Below the pieces are notes generated by a model. That model did not search any database and was not told where the DNA came from. It saw only the letters and a list, made by a program, of their open reading frames with translations. Shown here one piece after another: positions 61,812-64,000 of a stretch of DNA of 64,000 nucleotides (positions within the stretch are counted from its first letter, which is position 1; the number at the start of each line of letters is the position of its first letter). The translations under genes and the position numbers were made by a program. Source of the stretch: Mobula birostris (taxonomy: Eukaryota); assembly GCF_030028105.1 (NCBI RefSeq), contig NC_092371.1:65986057-66050056 (forward strand), in the 5' to 3' direction.

Positions 61812-63347
61812 TCTTTCCCTACATTGACGACTGCATTGGCGCTGCTTCCTGCACGCATGCTGAGCTCATTGACTTCATTAACTTTGCCTCCAACTTTCAC
61901 CCTGCCCTCAAGTTTACCTGGTCCATTTCCGACACCTCCCTCCCCTTTCTTGATCTTTCTGTCTCTGTCTCTGGAGACAGCTTATCTACTGATGTCTACT
62001 ATAAGCCTATGGACTCTCACAGCTACCTGGACAATTCCTCTTCCCACCCTGTCTCTTGCAAAAATGCCATCCCCTTCTCGCAATTCCTCCATCTCCGCCG
62101 CATCTGCTCTCAGGATGAAGCTTTTTATTCCAGGACGAAGGAGATGTCTTCCTTTTTTAAAGAAAGAGGCTTCCCTTCCTCCACCATCAACTCTACTCTC
62201 AAATGCATCTCTCCCATTTCATGCACATCTGCTCTCACCCCATCCTCCCGCCACCCCACTAAGAATAGGGTTCCCCTTGTCCTCACCTACCACCCCACCA
62301 GCCTCCGGGTCCAACGTATAATTCTCCGTAACTTCCGCTGCCTCCGACGGGATCCCACCACCAAGCACATCTTTCCCTGCCCCCCTCTTTCTGCTTTCCG
62401 CAGGGATCGCTCCCTACGCGGCTCCCTTGTCCATTCGCCCCCCCCCACCCCTTCCCACCTATCTCCCTCCCGGCACTTATCCTTGTAAGCGGAACAAGTG
62501 CTGCACATGCCCTTACACTTCCTCCCTTACCACCATTCAGGGCCCCAGACAGTCCTTCCAGGTGAGGCGACACTTCACCTGTGAGTCGGCTGGGGTGATA
62601 TACTGTGTCCGGTGCTCCCGGTGCGGTCTTCTATATATTGGTGAGACCCGATGCAGGCTGGGAGACCGTTTTGCTGAACGCCTACGCTCCGTCCGCCAGA
62701 GAAAGCAGGATCTCCCAGTAGCCACACATTTTAATTCCACGTCCCATTCCCATTCTGGTATGTCTATCCATGGCCTCCTCTACTGTCAAGATGAAACCAC
62801 ACTCAGATTGGAGGAACAACACCTTATATTCCTTCTGGGTAGCCTCCAACCTGATGGCATGAATATTGACTTCTCTAACTTCCATTAATGCTCCTCCTCC
62901 CCTTCACACCCCATCCCTTATGTATTTATTTTATTTATTTTTTTATTTCCCCCCCTTTTTTTTCTCTCTCCCTTTTTTCTCCCTCTGTCCCTCTCACTAT
63001 AACTTCTTGCCTGCTCTCCACCTCCGGGCTCCCCCCACCTTCTCTCTCTCCCCAGGCTTCCCATCCCATGATCTTCTCCCTTCTCCAGTCTGGTATCCCC
63101 AATCAACTTTCCAGCTCTTAGATCCACCCCTCCCCTCCTGTCTTCTCCTATCATTTTGGATCTCCCCCTCCCCCCCCCCCACTTTCAAATCTCTTACTAT
63201 CTCTTCTTTCAGTTAGTCCTGATGAAGGGTCTCGGCCTGAAATGTCAACTGTACCTCTTCCTATAGGTGCTGTCTGGCCTGCTGTTTTCCATCAGCATTT
63301 TGTGTGTGTTGCCTGAATTTCCAGCATCTGCAGATTTCCTCGTGTCT
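61812..63347 (+). mobile_element. Penelope-like element, 5'-truncated: RT C-terminus, GIY-YIG and hammerhead tail
   Basis: YIDD...LPFLD...; FTCESAGVIYCVRCSRCGLLYIGETR...VATHFN...LEEQHLIF.LGSLQPDGMN. Confidence 0.92.
63210..63251 (+). ncRNA. Minimal type I hammerhead ribozyme motif
   Basis: CAGUUAGUC-CUGAUGA-AGGGUCUCGGCCU-GAAA-UGUC-AACUG; CpG-decayed stem III. Confidence 0.65.
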
Positions 63348-63873
63348 ACAGTTGTTTCTCATTCTTTACTTATGATTAGTTTTTCTGTAAAAGCCTGCAA
63401 GGTAATGAACCTCAAGGTAGTATATGGTGATCTATGTATACTTTTCCAAACTGGTCCAAAGACATACCGGTTGGGAGGTTAATCAGTAATTGTAATTTTT
63501 TCTGTGATTAGGCTAGGACTAAATTGGAGGATTGCTTGGTGGCATGGTTTGAAAGGCCAGAAGGGCCTATTCCACATTGTATCTCCGTAAATAAATACAT
63601 TTTCTTTGAACTTTGAGGTCTTAACTGGAGAGTTGAGGCCAGTTTTACATTCATTAAAGAGAATCAACCTTAACCAGTCTAATGTTGCTGGGTTTGAGGC
63701 ACTTGTTGTCTTGCAGAAAAGTCTTCTCTAGCCCCCACTTCTCCCACCTGCTCCCTATTGTCACAATGGCAGAACACGTGAACAAAAGCTATCAGTTTAA
63801 TATCTCATCTGAAAGGCACGACACTCAGGAATATATCCCTTTCTCAGTTCTGCAGTGAAGTGTCAGTCTAGAT

Positions 63874-63917
63874 CAGGGGTTCCAAGGGGTCTGTGGTCCC
63901 CAGGTTAGGAACCCCTG
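63874..63917. mobile_element. 44-bp hAT (Charlie-type) MITE
   Basis: Perfect 10-bp TIRs CAGGGGTTCC/GGAACCCCTG and perfect 8-bp TSD GTCTAGAT (63866-63873 and 63918-63925). Confidence 0.88.
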
Positions 63918-64000
63918 GTCTAGATGGTAAGCCTATGCCTCTCTGGTGTGACTTGAACTCAGAATATTTTTACTCAGACGTTTTGTGGTTTTGACACAGA

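Noticed and set aside
1-64000. CRISPR arrays, rRNA, NNAT or additional host genes
   Set aside because: None recognised. Most listed ORFs are TE fragments or their antisense frames; small exons of a spanning gene cannot be excluded by eye.

Overview
Repeat-rich vertebrate genomic DNA. The repeat content (CR1, Rex-Babar, Penelope, V-domain SINEs) suggests a cartilaginous fish, probably a ray; this is an inference. The only host protein-coding gene I recognise is BLCAP (minus strand, 14373-14636, 87 aa), inside a CpG island with a TATA box, a candidate ~110-nt 5'UTR intron and a repeat-free 3'UTR. The rest is mostly nested transposon debris: CR1 LINEs (two with esterase ORF1), Rex-Babar LINE fragments, Penelope-like elements with minimal type I hammerhead ribozyme motifs, an I/Nimb-type LINE with RNase H, a decayed Ty3/gypsy element, a retrovirus-like (YVDD) LTR element in a four-level nest, RTE-derived short elements, SINEs and Tc1/hAT MITEs. 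The best leads are a candidate compact intron-exon duplex over the BLCAP A-to-I recoding codons, the hammerhead motifs (including a small hammerhead-only insertion), the retrovirus-like element, and a YY1-headed non-autonomous element present as an inverted pair. Repeat boundaries were judged by eye and are approximate; no folding, alignment or database search was run.
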